From Oligoflexales bacterium (GTDB lineage Bacteria > Bdellovibrionota_B > Oligoflexia > Oligoflexales > Bog-1112): 29,912 nt of DNA. Positions within the stretch are counted from its first letter, which is position 1, and each line of letters opens with the position of its first letter. Below the pieces are notes generated by a model that was not told the origin of the DNA, did no database searches, and was given only the letters and a program-made list of their open reading frames with translations. Positions 1-12,016 of the stretch are shown here, piece by piece. Location of the stretch: contig JBGCDR010000101.1 of NCBI GenBank assembly GCA_045105515.1, forward strand, positions 1 through 29,912. Reading direction: 5' to 3'. The position numbers and the translations under genes are program-made.

Positions 1-1
1 A

Positions 2-79
2 AATTATGGAAGAGCAATCACAAAAACGGAGGAAAAGTTTCATGACAACCTAAAAATAATCGGGCAATACTTAATTTAA
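2..79 (+). CDS. possible 3' end of a gene truncated by the window edge
   Basis: Frame 2 is open from the window start (NYGRAITKTEEKFHDNLKIIGQYLI) to TAA at 77-79; too short to assign a product. Confidence 0.25.
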   Translation, partial: NYGRAITKTEEKFHDNLKIIGQYLI

Positions 80-347
80 AAACCCTTAAAATTACAACGA
101 TAAATCCCGCCAATCAGTTATTGAAATTCCTATACATTAAACTATTAAGTTTACGGTTATGATAAACCCGTGCTGAATGCTTGGATTAAGTAATTTTCAA
201 ATAAGACCAATTGAATCTCCTGACCAGTTAGCCAGATTTCTAATAGATAGACCATTTAGCAAGAGATAGTCAATATATATGTCTAACAAAATAAAAGAGA
301 GGAATGCTAGGGGTGTCTTAATCAGTAGAAATCGATCTGCTACAACT

Positions 348-1334
348 TTACCGACTAATAAAATTTTGCAATGTTGCGGAGATGTCTTCGTCTAAGTCAC
401 CTTGATCGATGATATTTTGCAATATTTCCCTGATCTTACTTGCAGGAACTGCATAATTTAAGTCTATCCATATTTCTGGTGAATTCTCTTCAAGAATTTG
501 TGATAGATATTCAGAATCCTGTACTTTAGAATCCTTGGGTATTTTTCCCGTCCAAATAATGCCTACCACCTTACCACTTTCTCGATCGACAATTGCAGAG
601 CCGGAATCACCATGAGAAACATCACACCCAAGTGCAAATGACCATGCTTTGTAAGGACCAGGATTTAAAACATCCGGATCTGCCATAAATCTAAATTCCC
701 CTTGCTCAGAAAACACCTTACAGTCTGAATCCATTGTTCCTACAATTCTTCTAATTGGGTTATTTGCAACCCCATATCCTATCGTCAGGAGTTCTTGCCC
801 AGGATAAAGATCTGAATTGAAATCCACATCCAATTTCACTCTAGATAAAAGCTCGATATCCTCTGACTTGTTAACCTCTATTGCAAACAAAGCAAAATCT
901 ATATCGGTCCAGTGTCCAAAAAATTTCTTACATACAAAGCTTTTTTCCAAGAGCTTAAACTTAACATCGCGGCCAAGGCATGCACTTTCACGGGGCATAA
1001 CATGATGATTGGTAGCTACCAAATGATAACCATTATATTCACCGATATAAAAACCGGTTGCACCACCTACTCTCAAGGTAGCGAGAGCAGCTTTCTGAAA
1101 ACTAGGAGGGTATTTATTAAGGTTTCTCCGACTCAAAGCCTTTTTCCCCCACTCACTACCAAGCTGATAGCGAGCATCAAGCTCGAGTAAATTTTTAAGA
1201 TCAATTCTAATTTCGTGGTCACCAGGTAGGAGTACTAATTCTCCTGGATCGCTGAAACCTAAGCCTAGGCACAATTGCGAACTTAAACCAAAGTAGAAAA
1301 TCATTAACCCTGTTAGCAAGCGTATTCGTCTCAT
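348..1334 (-). CDS. secreted trypsin-like (S1) serine protease
   Basis: Catalytic triad motifs ATNHHV (His), DIDFAL (Asp) and GDSGS (Ser); N-terminal signal-peptide-like segment; GGAGG RBS upstream; 34 nt downstream of the GH2 gene. Confidence 0.9.
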   Translation of the reverse strand: MRRIRLLTGLMIFYFGLSSQLCLGLGFSDPGELVLLPGDHEIRIDLKNLLELDARYQLGSEWGKKALSRRNLNKYPPSFQKAALATLRVGGATGFYIGEYNGYHLVATNHHVMPRESACLGRDVKFKLLEKSFVCKKFFGHWTDIDFALFAIEVNKSEDIELLSRVKLDVDFNSDLYPGQELLTIGYGVANNPIRRIVGTMDSDCKVFSEQGEFRFMADPDVLNPGPYKAWSFALGCDVSHGDSGSAIVDRESGKVVGIIWTGKIPKDSKVQDSEYLSQILEENSPEIWIDLNYAVPASKIREILQNIIDQGDLDEDISATLQNFISR

Positions 1335-1368
1335 ATTCTTATAGACCTCCCAGTTTACTAATTAATAT

Positions 1369-4605
<3,237 letters not shown>

Positions 4606-4771
4606 TCATATATTCTCAAATCTATTGTCGAAATTTTGAACCGAATTATTAATTATTAGACTCTTGTTCTTAATAAACTAATTGCCGAAACGGTATTGAT
4701 TTCCATTCCTGAAAAAAGCAGGTATAAACAGCTCAAAGTGGCTGGTAATTAAAACAACCTTATGGAAGCGT

Positions 4772-5509
4772 ATGTTTTTGAATATGGCACAATTTATAAA
4801 ATCGCAATTTCTTGGTCTTGGACTTTTCTTCTCAATCTCAGGATTTTATTCAAGTTATGGCATTGCAATAAACCTATATCCTGGCGGCACATGGAAAGAC
4901 TCATCCACAATCGGTTACTCCTTTTGGAATAACTACCTCTGTGACGCCCTACAACAACCAGCCCTTAATGGCTACCCCAATCCAGGAAGTGACTTCGGCT
5001 TAGCATCTTACGGCTTTCTTCTCCTTACTTTGGTATTTTGGTGGACTATCCTTGCAAAGTTGACCGAATCCCAATCCAAGCGCCGCGCAAATGTAATCAG
5101 AATTTCAGCGGCGATGAGCTGCCTTGGCTTTGTGGGCACCATTGTATTTCCAGCTGAAGCCCGCCTGCTCGGAGCGCACTTCACTGCGACAATTTCTGCA
5201 GTTCTTGCCGGCCTAGCTGCGACGCTGGTACCATTTTTTGGATTTTTATCTGACAAAAACAATAGATTGTTTGGCAAAATCGGTTTAATTCTCTGTTCAC
5301 CAGTATTTATCTCAATCCTCTGCTATGCCGCTTATCATCTAAAAATCCCTTTGTTTCATAATGACACTCTCATTGTTAGCCAGCAAAAGATATCCGTGAT
5401 TGCGATTTCGATGCTAAGTTTTCTAACTCTTGGAAAGGAACTCCAGGCAAATGCAGGCAAACTACGGTGGGGCCAAATAGCATTGTTATTGCAAAGGTCT
5501 CAGATGTAG
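4772..5509 (+). CDS. integral membrane protein (DUF998-like), about 6 TM helices
   Basis: Multiple hydrophobic segments and a YPGG...GYSFWNNYLCD...NGYPNP loop motif typical of this membrane protein group; family call from recall only. Confidence 0.65.
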   Translation: MFLNMAQFIKSQFLGLGLFFSISGFYSSYGIAINLYPGGTWKDSSTIGYSFWNNYLCDALQQPALNGYPNPGSDFGLASYGFLLLTLVFWWTILAKLTESQSKRRANVIRISAAMSCLGFVGTIVFPAEARLLGAHFTATISAVLAGLAATLVPFFGFLSDKNNRLFGKIGLILCSPVFISILCYAAYHLKIPLFHNDTLIVSQQKISVIAISMLSFLTLGKELQANAGKLRWGQIALLLQRSQM

Positions 5510-5584
5510 ACCAAACCCTTCCCCCACATGCCCCTTTAGGATAAAATAATTTTACATAATATTAACAAGTTAATCCCTGAGCTT

Positions 5585-5612
5585 TTAAGTTTATGCACCA
5601 TTCTTACGATGG
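5585..5612 (+). promoter_or_regulatory. sigma28-like promoter candidate for the CheY-like gene
   Basis: TAAG-N15-TACGATGG versus consensus TAAA-N15-GCCGATAA, ending 43 nt before the ATG; the -10 match is imperfect. Confidence 0.45.
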
Positions 5613-5655
5613 CTTTAATGGGTGCTGAATCAAGAACCAAGTGGACTATTTAGTT

Positions 5656-6021
5656 ATGGCAAAAATTCTGGTTATAGATGATGCAATGATTCAAAGGGCG
5701 CAACTTAAATCTATGGTTGTAGCAACTGGCCACGAAGCGGTAGAAGCTGGGGATGGCGAGGAAGGCCTCGAAATGGCCCTCAAACATCGGGATGAGTTGG
5801 GTCTCATTTTTTGTGATTTCAACATGCCTGTGCTTGATGGATTATCTTTATGTACGAAGCTCCATGAAGATGAACAATTTCCTAGCATTCCTTTCTTTAT
5901 GATCACCACCGAAACTAGCCAAGATCTTAAGGAATTAGGAAAAAAAGTAGGGGTCAAGGGCTGGATCATTAAGCCGTTTCAACCTTCTGTAATTGAGCAA
6001 CTTATTAGGCAGTTCGTTTGA
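5656..6021 (+). CDS. single-domain CheY-like response regulator
   Basis: Receiver motifs KILVIDD, FCDFNMPVLDG (phospho-Asp), MITTE and GWIIKPF; no output domain. Start at ATG 5656 (ORF from GTG 5641). Confidence 0.92.
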   Translation: MAKILVIDDAMIQRAQLKSMVVATGHEAVEAGDGEEGLEMALKHRDELGLIFCDFNMPVLDGLSLCTKLHEDEQFPSIPFFMITTETSQDLKELGKKVGVKGWIIKPFQPSVIEQLIRQFV

Positions 6022-6256
6022 GCTCACTCTAAAACATAAATCTATCAGTTCTAATCGAGAAGGGATGTGGGGCATTTCACACCTTTGGAACTTCGATTGC
6101 AATGGACTAGTCTTCTAACAAGACCTGAGACCTCTCAATCTTGCTATAGTTTATGGGTAACACTCAGATTTACTAGCAGGAAATCCCCTACAATATATGC
6201 CGCCGTAGAGATGGCAGGAATGCAAAACCTCGGATCTAAGTCAGCAACCTTTTTAT

Positions 6257-6589
6257 TTACCAGGGTTTAGGCTTGTTTTTTTGGCTAGGAAAGCTGATCA
6301 TTTTTGGATCCCCAAGCTGAAAATCTGCACCCTTCACCAGACTCCAAAAAAATTTCTCCGCCTCTTTTTTGGACTTAAAGTCTGCATATCCGCCACGGAA
6401 TTCTTTGATTTCTGGTGTGGTGTATTCAAACGCAACTCGGTAAAAACTTTGATGAAATTCAAACCATACTTTATTAGCAGTTACTGCACTGCCCTGTTCA
6501 GGCCATAACCCAATACATACAAACCAGAATATTAAGCTGATTAAATGTCTAGTCATTAAGAACTTAATATTATGTGACAATAGTTTCAT
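6257..6589 (-). CDS. small hypothetical exported protein
   Basis: 110-aa ORF with AAGGAGG RBS and a hydrophobic N-terminal segment ending in GSA; no recognised family. Confidence 0.75.
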   Translation of the reverse strand: MKLLSHNIKFLMTRHLISLIFWFVCIGLWPEQGSAVTANKVWFEFHQSFYRVAFEYTTPEIKEFRGGYADFKSKKEAEKFFWSLVKGADFQLGDPKMISFPSQKNKPKPW

Positions 6590-6619
6590 CTGGAACCGAG
6601 CCTCCTTAGCCCGTTCTAA

Positions 6620-6686
6620 GAATCGGACGCTTATGCTTCAAAGTTAATACTGAGTTGGCTTTTCGGCTTAACACCGAATTGATTAA
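6620..6686 (-). promoter_or_regulatory. two tandem sigma28-like promoter candidates
   Basis: Minus strand TTAA-N15-GCCGAAAA (6686-6660) and TAAC-N15-TCCGATTC (6646-6620), upstream of the 6257-6589 gene. Confidence 0.55.
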
Positions 6687-6879
6687 TGACAATGTGCGTT
6701 TGCTAGTGTATCCCAGATAGAACAACTTAGTTCTGGTGATTCCTTTGGTCCAAAGACCAGAATCAAACAGTTTTTATGTGCATCGGCTAGGCCCTATCTT
6801 AAAGCTTTAAATTGTTAAGTAAGCTTGCTGGAAGCTCCGGCCTTGGTCTGATGGTTTGTTTTTTTATAAAGAGGCGTGA

Positions 6880-7680
6880 ATGGCAACACAAGAGCAGAAT
6901 CTCAACAATACCCAATCCCAAAAACCAGTTGATATCGAAGAGCAAAAAGAAGAACCTGGTTTTTTTAGCTTTGAAAACCTCTCTTCACTACTAGTTCTAG
7001 TTGTTGTAGTACTTGCAATTCGCTGGACCATTGCATCACCATATTATGTGCCTACAGCGTCTATGGAACCTACCATCAAGGTTGGCGATCGACTTCTTGC
7101 ATTTAAGTTAGCTTACAACTTTAAGATCCCCTTTCTAAACACCAGCCTTTTCGAATGGGGAAGTCCAGAAAAGGGCGATATCATAGTTTTTCGCTACCCG
7201 AGAGATCCGAGCATCGACTATGTTAAAAGAGTTGTGGGAGTGGCCGGAGACAAGATAAAGATTGTTGATGACGTGCTCTATTTAAATGGTGCTGCTCAAA
7301 ATCGAGATGACTTCAATCATGACCGAGAAGTCTTAGAAGATATCGAAGATCACAAAGATCTCAAGCTTCTGTACAAAGAGACTTTAGCTGAAAGATCTCA
7401 TTGGACTATGAACATGATTCAAAGTGCACGCCACTTTTCCCAGAGTAACTGGCCAGTAGATGGCAGCTTCTATACGGTTCCTGAGGGCTCGGTCTTTGTT
7501 TTTGGAGATAATCGCGACAACTCAGCAGATTCTCGTATTTGGGGTAAGGTTCCAATCGAGAATATCCATGGGAGAGCTATCTTCGTCCTGTGGAGTGCAT
7601 ATACGCCAAAAGGAAGTCATTGGACGCTGCGGTTTTCTCGCTTTGGGCACTGGCTGGATGGGGACGTGCCAAGTTCTTAA
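6880..7680 (+). CDS. lepB: signal peptidase I
   Basis: N-terminal TM anchor, PTASMEPT (catalytic Ser), GDIIVF, DYVKRVVG (catalytic Lys), GDNRDNSADSR box E. Confidence 0.96.
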   Translation: MATQEQNLNNTQSQKPVDIEEQKEEPGFFSFENLSSLLVLVVVVLAIRWTIASPYYVPTASMEPTIKVGDRLLAFKLAYNFKIPFLNTSLFEWGSPEKGDIIVFRYPRDPSIDYVKRVVGVAGDKIKIVDDVLYLNGAAQNRDDFNHDREVLEDIEDHKDLKLLYKETLAERSHWTMNMIQSARHFSQSNWPVDGSFYTVPEGSVFVFGDNRDNSADSRIWGKVPIENIHGRAIFVLWSAYTPKGSHWTLRFSRFGHWLDGDVPSS

Positions 7681-7814
7681 AGAATTCATAATATCACTGT
7701 GTTAAAGACTCTTAGCAAAAGGTAATATTACCTTACCCGCCTCAAATAAACAGGTTTCTCCATCCAGAAGTAAAATATTCAACTTATCTATAATATTGAT
7801 ATTTATTAATTTTA

Positions 7815-7841
7815 TTAAATTTTTCACAAACAAGCCGATCA
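7815..7841 (+). promoter_or_regulatory. sigma28-like promoter candidate
   Basis: TTAA-N15-GCCGATCA, about 120 nt upstream of the 7961 ATG. Confidence 0.65.
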
Positions 7842-7960
7842 CAGGTATAGGACAGCTTTGGTGGATGCAAGGATGGAAGCTTGTTGGGTACAGAGTTGGT
7901 AGAGTCCAAAAACTTCTCATAAAATAAAGTGAGAGGATAGCTAAATCAGAGGAGAGGATT

Positions 7961-8257
7961 ATGACAGGCGATTTCATATTTACGCGAGAATACTGGACCG
8001 GCGACTCTCGCGATGGAAGCATTGTAAACGGGGATGGCTATCACTTTTTTCGCATGGGTGATAAAGGTCTAATTGTTGAAGCCTACGAGATGTATGAAAG
8101 CGATGACGGTGAAGAGGTAGTTACTCCTTTGCCAGAGATGCATAATGTCAGTTGGATTGAGGACTTGGGTTTTGATGACTTGGATGCTTTAGATCAGATT
8201 GAGGAAATAGAATTTGACCGTATCCGTAATTCTCTTGATGGGCCAATTAGCAGCTAG
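7961..8257 (+). CDS. small highly acidic hypothetical protein
   Basis: 98 aa with a strong RBS (GGAGAGGA); 25 Asp/Glu versus 6 Arg/Lys by hand count. Confidence 0.8.
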   Translation: MTGDFIFTREYWTGDSRDGSIVNGDGYHFFRMGDKGLIVEAYEMYESDDGEEVVTPLPEMHNVSWIEDLGFDDLDALDQIEEIEFDRIRNSLDGPISS

Positions 8258-8272
8258 CTACTCCTTATAGGC

Positions 8273-8497
8273 TCAGTATACTTCATCCATATCTTCAGAA
8301 AATTTTTCAGTTTTCTCGCGATTGATCAAAATGTGCCTATACCATGAAACTGTGTGCTCTATGAGCCATTGGTTTGCAGCAAATTGAGCAGGGGGAATTA
8401 GCTCATCGCAGTAATCAAGCAAATCTTGTTCAGTTCCTCTTGGGTGAGCACGCATCCACGACTTCACTTTGCGTTTAAATTCATTTCTATCAAACAT
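8273..8497 (-). CDS. small hypothetical, probably helical, protein
   Basis: ATG 8497 preceded by GAGGTG gives 74 aa (MFDRNEFKRKVKSW...); the ORF extends to 8536. Confidence 0.75.
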   Translation of the reverse strand: MFDRNEFKRKVKSWMRAHPRGTEQDLLDYCDELIPPAQFAANQWLIEHTVSWYRHILINREKTEKFSEDMDEVY

Positions 8498-8583
8498 CAG
8501 CACCTCTTCACTACTATCTAAAATTAACCAACTCAACCCTTGCTTTTTTATTTCCTTGCTTCACAGGATTAAATATAATTTAG

Positions 8584-8610
8584 ACTTCGGCATTCGTCGC
8601 AAATGCTTTA
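8584..8610 (-). promoter_or_regulatory. sigma28-like promoter candidate
   Basis: Minus strand TAAA-N15-GCCGAAGT, near-consensus, upstream of the 8273-8497 gene. Confidence 0.7.
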
Positions 8611-8646
8611 AAAAATAGTAACAGCTCAAATGAAAAGGCTTATGGT

Positions 8647-9318
8647 ATGACATGCCTCTTACCCCTTAATTATTTTGTAGATTCAACGAATATTAGAAAT
8701 TTTGAACAATTCCCTGAAGATACCTTTGCACTCCTAGGAAAAAGCCTAGAAAAATGGTTGAACTATAAACTTGAAAGCCTTGGAGTCACGACCAAACCTC
8801 TTGTCAAAGGTCACTGCCACCCAAGTGCAGTTATTGAAGGCCCCGTATTTATAGAAGAAGGTGCCGTCATCGAACCATTTGCATTTATCAAAGGCCCTGC
8901 ATTTATTGGGGCACAAACTCAGGTACGTCAAGGAGCTTATGTTAGAGGCAATGTTTATGCAGGTTTTAAATGTGTGATTGGGCACAGCACAGAGGTCAAA
9001 GGTTCTGTATTCTTCGATGAGGCTAAAGCTGGCCATTTCAATTATGTAGGAGATTCTATCCTTGGATACAATGTAAACCTTGGGGCAGGTACAAAGTTAG
9101 CAAATCTAAAAATCAAGGGAAAAAGTGTCTTATTTAAAGACCCTGAGAATGGTAAGCTACTTGACAGTGGGCTTCGAAAGCTAGGAGCCATTATTGGAGA
9201 TGGGGTACAGACAGGTTGTAACTCGGTCCTCTCTCCTGGAGCATTGCTCCTTCCAGGCACCGCAGTACTTCCTAACGTCCACTTTCACGGAACCCTTCTA
9301 AAGGGCTGGGCAAAATAG
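8647..9318 (+). CDS. hexapeptide-repeat (LbH) acetyltransferase resembling the C-terminal domain of archaeal-type GlmU
   Basis: Hexapeptide repeats (IEGPVFIEEGAVIEPFAFIKGPAFIG) and motifs HFNYVGDSILG, GAGTKLAN, GLRKLGAIIGD, TGCNSVLSPG; no nucleotidyltransferase domain. Confidence 0.85.
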   Translation: MTCLLPLNYFVDSTNIRNFEQFPEDTFALLGKSLEKWLNYKLESLGVTTKPLVKGHCHPSAVIEGPVFIEEGAVIEPFAFIKGPAFIGAQTQVRQGAYVRGNVYAGFKCVIGHSTEVKGSVFFDEAKAGHFNYVGDSILGYNVNLGAGTKLANLKIKGKSVLFKDPENGKLLDSGLRKLGAIIGDGVQTGCNSVLSPGALLLPGTAVLPNVHFHGTLLKGWAK

Positions 9319-9328
9319 AATTCTCCTT

Positions 9329-9982
9329 TTATTGTTGCTTCATTCTTATTATGCGAAATGCATCATCAAGAGATTTTTCTTGTGCATAAATGACCTTTTC
9401 AACTTTTCCTTCAGGGCTAATGCTCACATTGCCTTCAAAGCGTGCAGCAGGAAGGCCTGCTTTAACCCGGGCTCCTGCCATTCGCATTTCACAGTTTTCC
9501 CTACTTTTTTTGACTGTTTTTATCATCTGTCTCAAAGTCTTCTCTAGCTTACGTTCACTTTTCAATCTTTTAAGGTATGACTCACGTTTGACAATTTTTA
9601 ATGCATCTCCTTCAATACCGAAATCTTCTTTAACCTGACCAGGAGTCTTCATATCATCGATTTCAGGAAGCTGGGATATTTCACCACTTCCCCCAAGCCT
9701 AGGGTCAGCTAGGTCTTTGCGACACCATTTGAGCATATAATATTCATGGTTGACAGCAGTCTCTAGGTCATTATTTAGCCATATCTGACTTCTCAGTTCG
9801 TCACTTGCTGTGGTTTCTGTTTGCAGAATTGCAACGCCATCATCATTTAAACCCAGGTGAGAATTCCCAACACTTCCCTTTTTATCTAAACTTGTATCAA
9901 TTTCTTCGACTTTCTCAGATGTTGTGCATGCAACCATCGCTCCCAATGATAGGATAGTGCCTAAAATCTTGATTTTCATCAT
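9329..9982 (-). CDS. hypothetical lipoprotein with coiled-coil segments
   Basis: MMKIKILGTILSLGAMVA-C lipobox; GGAG RBS before ATG 9982; charged helical C-terminal half. Confidence 0.8.
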   Translation of the reverse strand: MMKIKILGTILSLGAMVACTTSEKVEEIDTSLDKKGSVGNSHLGLNDDGVAILQTETTASDELRSQIWLNNDLETAVNHEYYMLKWCRKDLADPRLGGSGEISQLPEIDDMKTPGQVKEDFGIEGDALKIVKRESYLKRLKSERKLEKTLRQMIKTVKKSRENCEMRMAGARVKAGLPAARFEGNVSISPEGKVEKVIYAQEKSLDDAFRIIRMKQQ

Positions 9983-10221
9983 TCGAGCTCCCAAAAAGTA
10001 AGGGTCTTTCAATCAACTTCTGCCAGCTTACAATTTATCAATAGTTTTTTATAGAATCTTTAGTGGCGTAGGTTTTTCTACATCAGATCATATAAGTGAA
10101 TATACTAATTTATCACCGCCTACAAAAGCATTTCCACTAAAAATTTTCCAACAGTTTATACTGTCTTAAAAGCACTTCCAAAAAAATTCTTATTTTATTC
10201 AACCTTTTCAAAAGGGAGGCG

Positions 10222-11823
10222 ATGGTGCGCATATCCGCTCAAACAGTCAAATTGCCACTTAAGTTTTTCATGATTGCATCTTTGACATTCGCTACCTATA
10301 GCAGGGCCTTAGCGAAAGAGTATGTTATCAAATTGAAGGAGGTTCAGTCTTTTCAAGACACAGTGTTTAGCTTAAATTATGAGAAAAACTTAAAAGTTAA
10401 CGATACTCATGAAACAGGAAAATTGGTACTGGTTGATCTCTTAGAAGAAGAAGCCAACGCGATACAAAACCAAATTAAGCAGCTTAATTCCATACATGAT
10501 GTAGACTATATCGTTCCTAATATTAAATTCCATGCATTCGATGCTCCCAATGACCCTCAATTGTCATCTCAATGGGCACTAACAAAAGTACATGCTTTAG
10601 ACGCCTGGGACATCCAAGTTGGTAGTCCTGACGTGGTGGTTGCCGTAATCGATACAGGAATAAATTGGAAACATGAAGACCTAATGGACCATATTTGGAG
10701 CAATACTGCTGAAATCGCAGGTAATGGCATAGATGACGACCAGAATGGTTTTATAGACGATGTTAGAGGATGGGACTTCAGAAACAAAGACAACAACCCT
10801 GATGATGAAACTTCTTCAAAGAACCCTGGGCATGGCACTCATTGTGCAGGGATTATCGGCGCAGTAAGCAACAACAACAAAGGCATTGCCGGCATTGCTC
10901 GGAAGGTATCCCTGATGCCTGTGAGATTTTTGGGTTCGGATGGCTCTGGTGATCTTATGTCAGCAGCAAAGGCTATAGATTACGCAGCCAATAATGGTGC
11001 AGATATCATCAGTGCAAGCTGGGGAGCCCAGGTAGCAAGAGCAAACGTAGGACCGATCCTGGAAGCCATAGAAAGGGCAGGGGAAAAGGGAGTTATTTTT
11101 GTGGCTGCTGCTGCAAACGATGGACGCAACAACGATACTAGAGAAATTTATCCTTCAAATGCTGGTTTTGACAATGTCATCAGTATTGCTGCGTCTGACC
11201 CTGATGATAAGAAGCCTTCTTGGTCAAATTTTGGCAAAGCTACCGTGGATTTGTCTTCACCTGGATTAAACATCTTGAGTACGGTTCCAGTAAACAAGTA
11301 TCAAAACCTTTCAGGCACCTCGATGGCAACACCTCTAGCAGCCGGAGCTGTTGCTCTTCTTCTGAATCAAGCTGAAGAAGATAGTCGCTTACTAAAACCC
11401 ATCGAAATTCGCTCAATACTTCAATCTACTGGGGCCAAGGTTGAAATCGAAACAGCATGCAACTGCCGCATTGATGTAGCTGCAGCACTCGAAAATGTAA
11501 CTAAGGAAGCCTTAACTATCGTACCAAATGCTTCTACCCTTGAAGTGAATGGAACAAAGTCATTTTATGGAATTGGTGGCCAAGCTCCATACAGTTTCTC
11601 TTCATCTGACTCTAGCATTGCGAGCATTGCTGAAGACGGGACCTTAACAGCCGTTGCCAATGGAGAAACTATAATTACCATCACCGATGCAACTGGGGAC
11701 AGTGCACAGTCAAGCAAGATTTATGTAGGCAAGACCACGGGAGGTGGTGGTGGACAATGCCCGTTCGGCCCTTTATGCGATGTTATGTGCCAAATTAATC
11801 CTAGCCTGCCTTGGTGTAACTAA
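10222..11823 (+). CDS. secreted S8 subtilisin-like protease with propeptide, Big_2-like domain and Cys-rich C-terminal tail
   Basis: VAVIDTG (Asp), GHGTHCAG (His), AAAAN (oxyanion Asn), SGTSMATP (Ser); Ig-like segment YSFSSSDSSIASIAEDGTLTAVANGETIITITD; GGGAGG RBS. Confidence 0.95.
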   Translation: MVRISAQTVKLPLKFFMIASLTFATYSRALAKEYVIKLKEVQSFQDTVFSLNYEKNLKVNDTHETGKLVLVDLLEEEANAIQNQIKQLNSIHDVDYIVPNIKFHAFDAPNDPQLSSQWALTKVHALDAWDIQVGSPDVVVAVIDTGINWKHEDLMDHIWSNTAEIAGNGIDDDQNGFIDDVRGWDFRNKDNNPDDETSSKNPGHGTHCAGIIGAVSNNNKGIAGIARKVSLMPVRFLGSDGSGDLMSAAKAIDYAANNGADIISASWGAQVARANVGPILEAIERAGEKGVIFVAAAANDGRNNDTREIYPSNAGFDNVISIAASDPDDKKPSWSNFGKATVDLSSPGLNILSTVPVNKYQNLSGTSMATPLAAGAVALLLNQAEEDSRLLKPIEIRSILQSTGAKVEIETACNCRIDVAAALENVTKEALTIVPNASTLEVNGTKSFYGIGGQAPYSFSSSDSSIASIAEDGTLTAVANGETIITITDATGDSAQSSKIYVGKTTGGGGGQCPFGPLCDVMCQINPSLPWCN

Positions 11824-12016
11824 ATAACCAGCATCATATTTAGTAAACCTTAAGATCAAATTCAGATTTCTTAGTAAATTGAGCATCCGCTCTTTTTCAC
11901 TTTCTTTATTGGCCTTTCCATAACACATACTAAGTGAAATTCTTGCTTGTCCTTGTTATTATGATGTGCAAACAATACGAATGCATGTGCAAGAATCCCT
12001 TGGTAATAGGTGCTAT

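Noticed and set aside
6067..6270. 67-aa plus-strand ORF in the gap after the CheY-like gene
   Set aside because: GTG start, no recognisable motif, overlaps the end of the 6257 gene; the region is better explained by RNA or inverted-repeat structure.
6718..6765. Small hairpins upstream of lepB (AGAAC/GTTCT, GATTC..TGGTC/GACCA..GAATC)
   Set aside because: No match to a riboswitch I recognise; stems are short.
6780..6810. GCCGATGC on the minus strand with upstream TAAAG
   Set aside because: Spacer is 18 nt instead of 15.
7702..8022. 106-aa minus-strand ORF
   Set aside because: Overlaps the promoter, leader and start of the better-supported 7961 gene and runs through AT-rich intergenic sequence.
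10059..10141. Interrupted inverted repeat TTTAGTGG/CCACTAAA with GTAGG/CCTAC between divergent genes
   Set aside because: Arms are short and out of register; compatible with chance.
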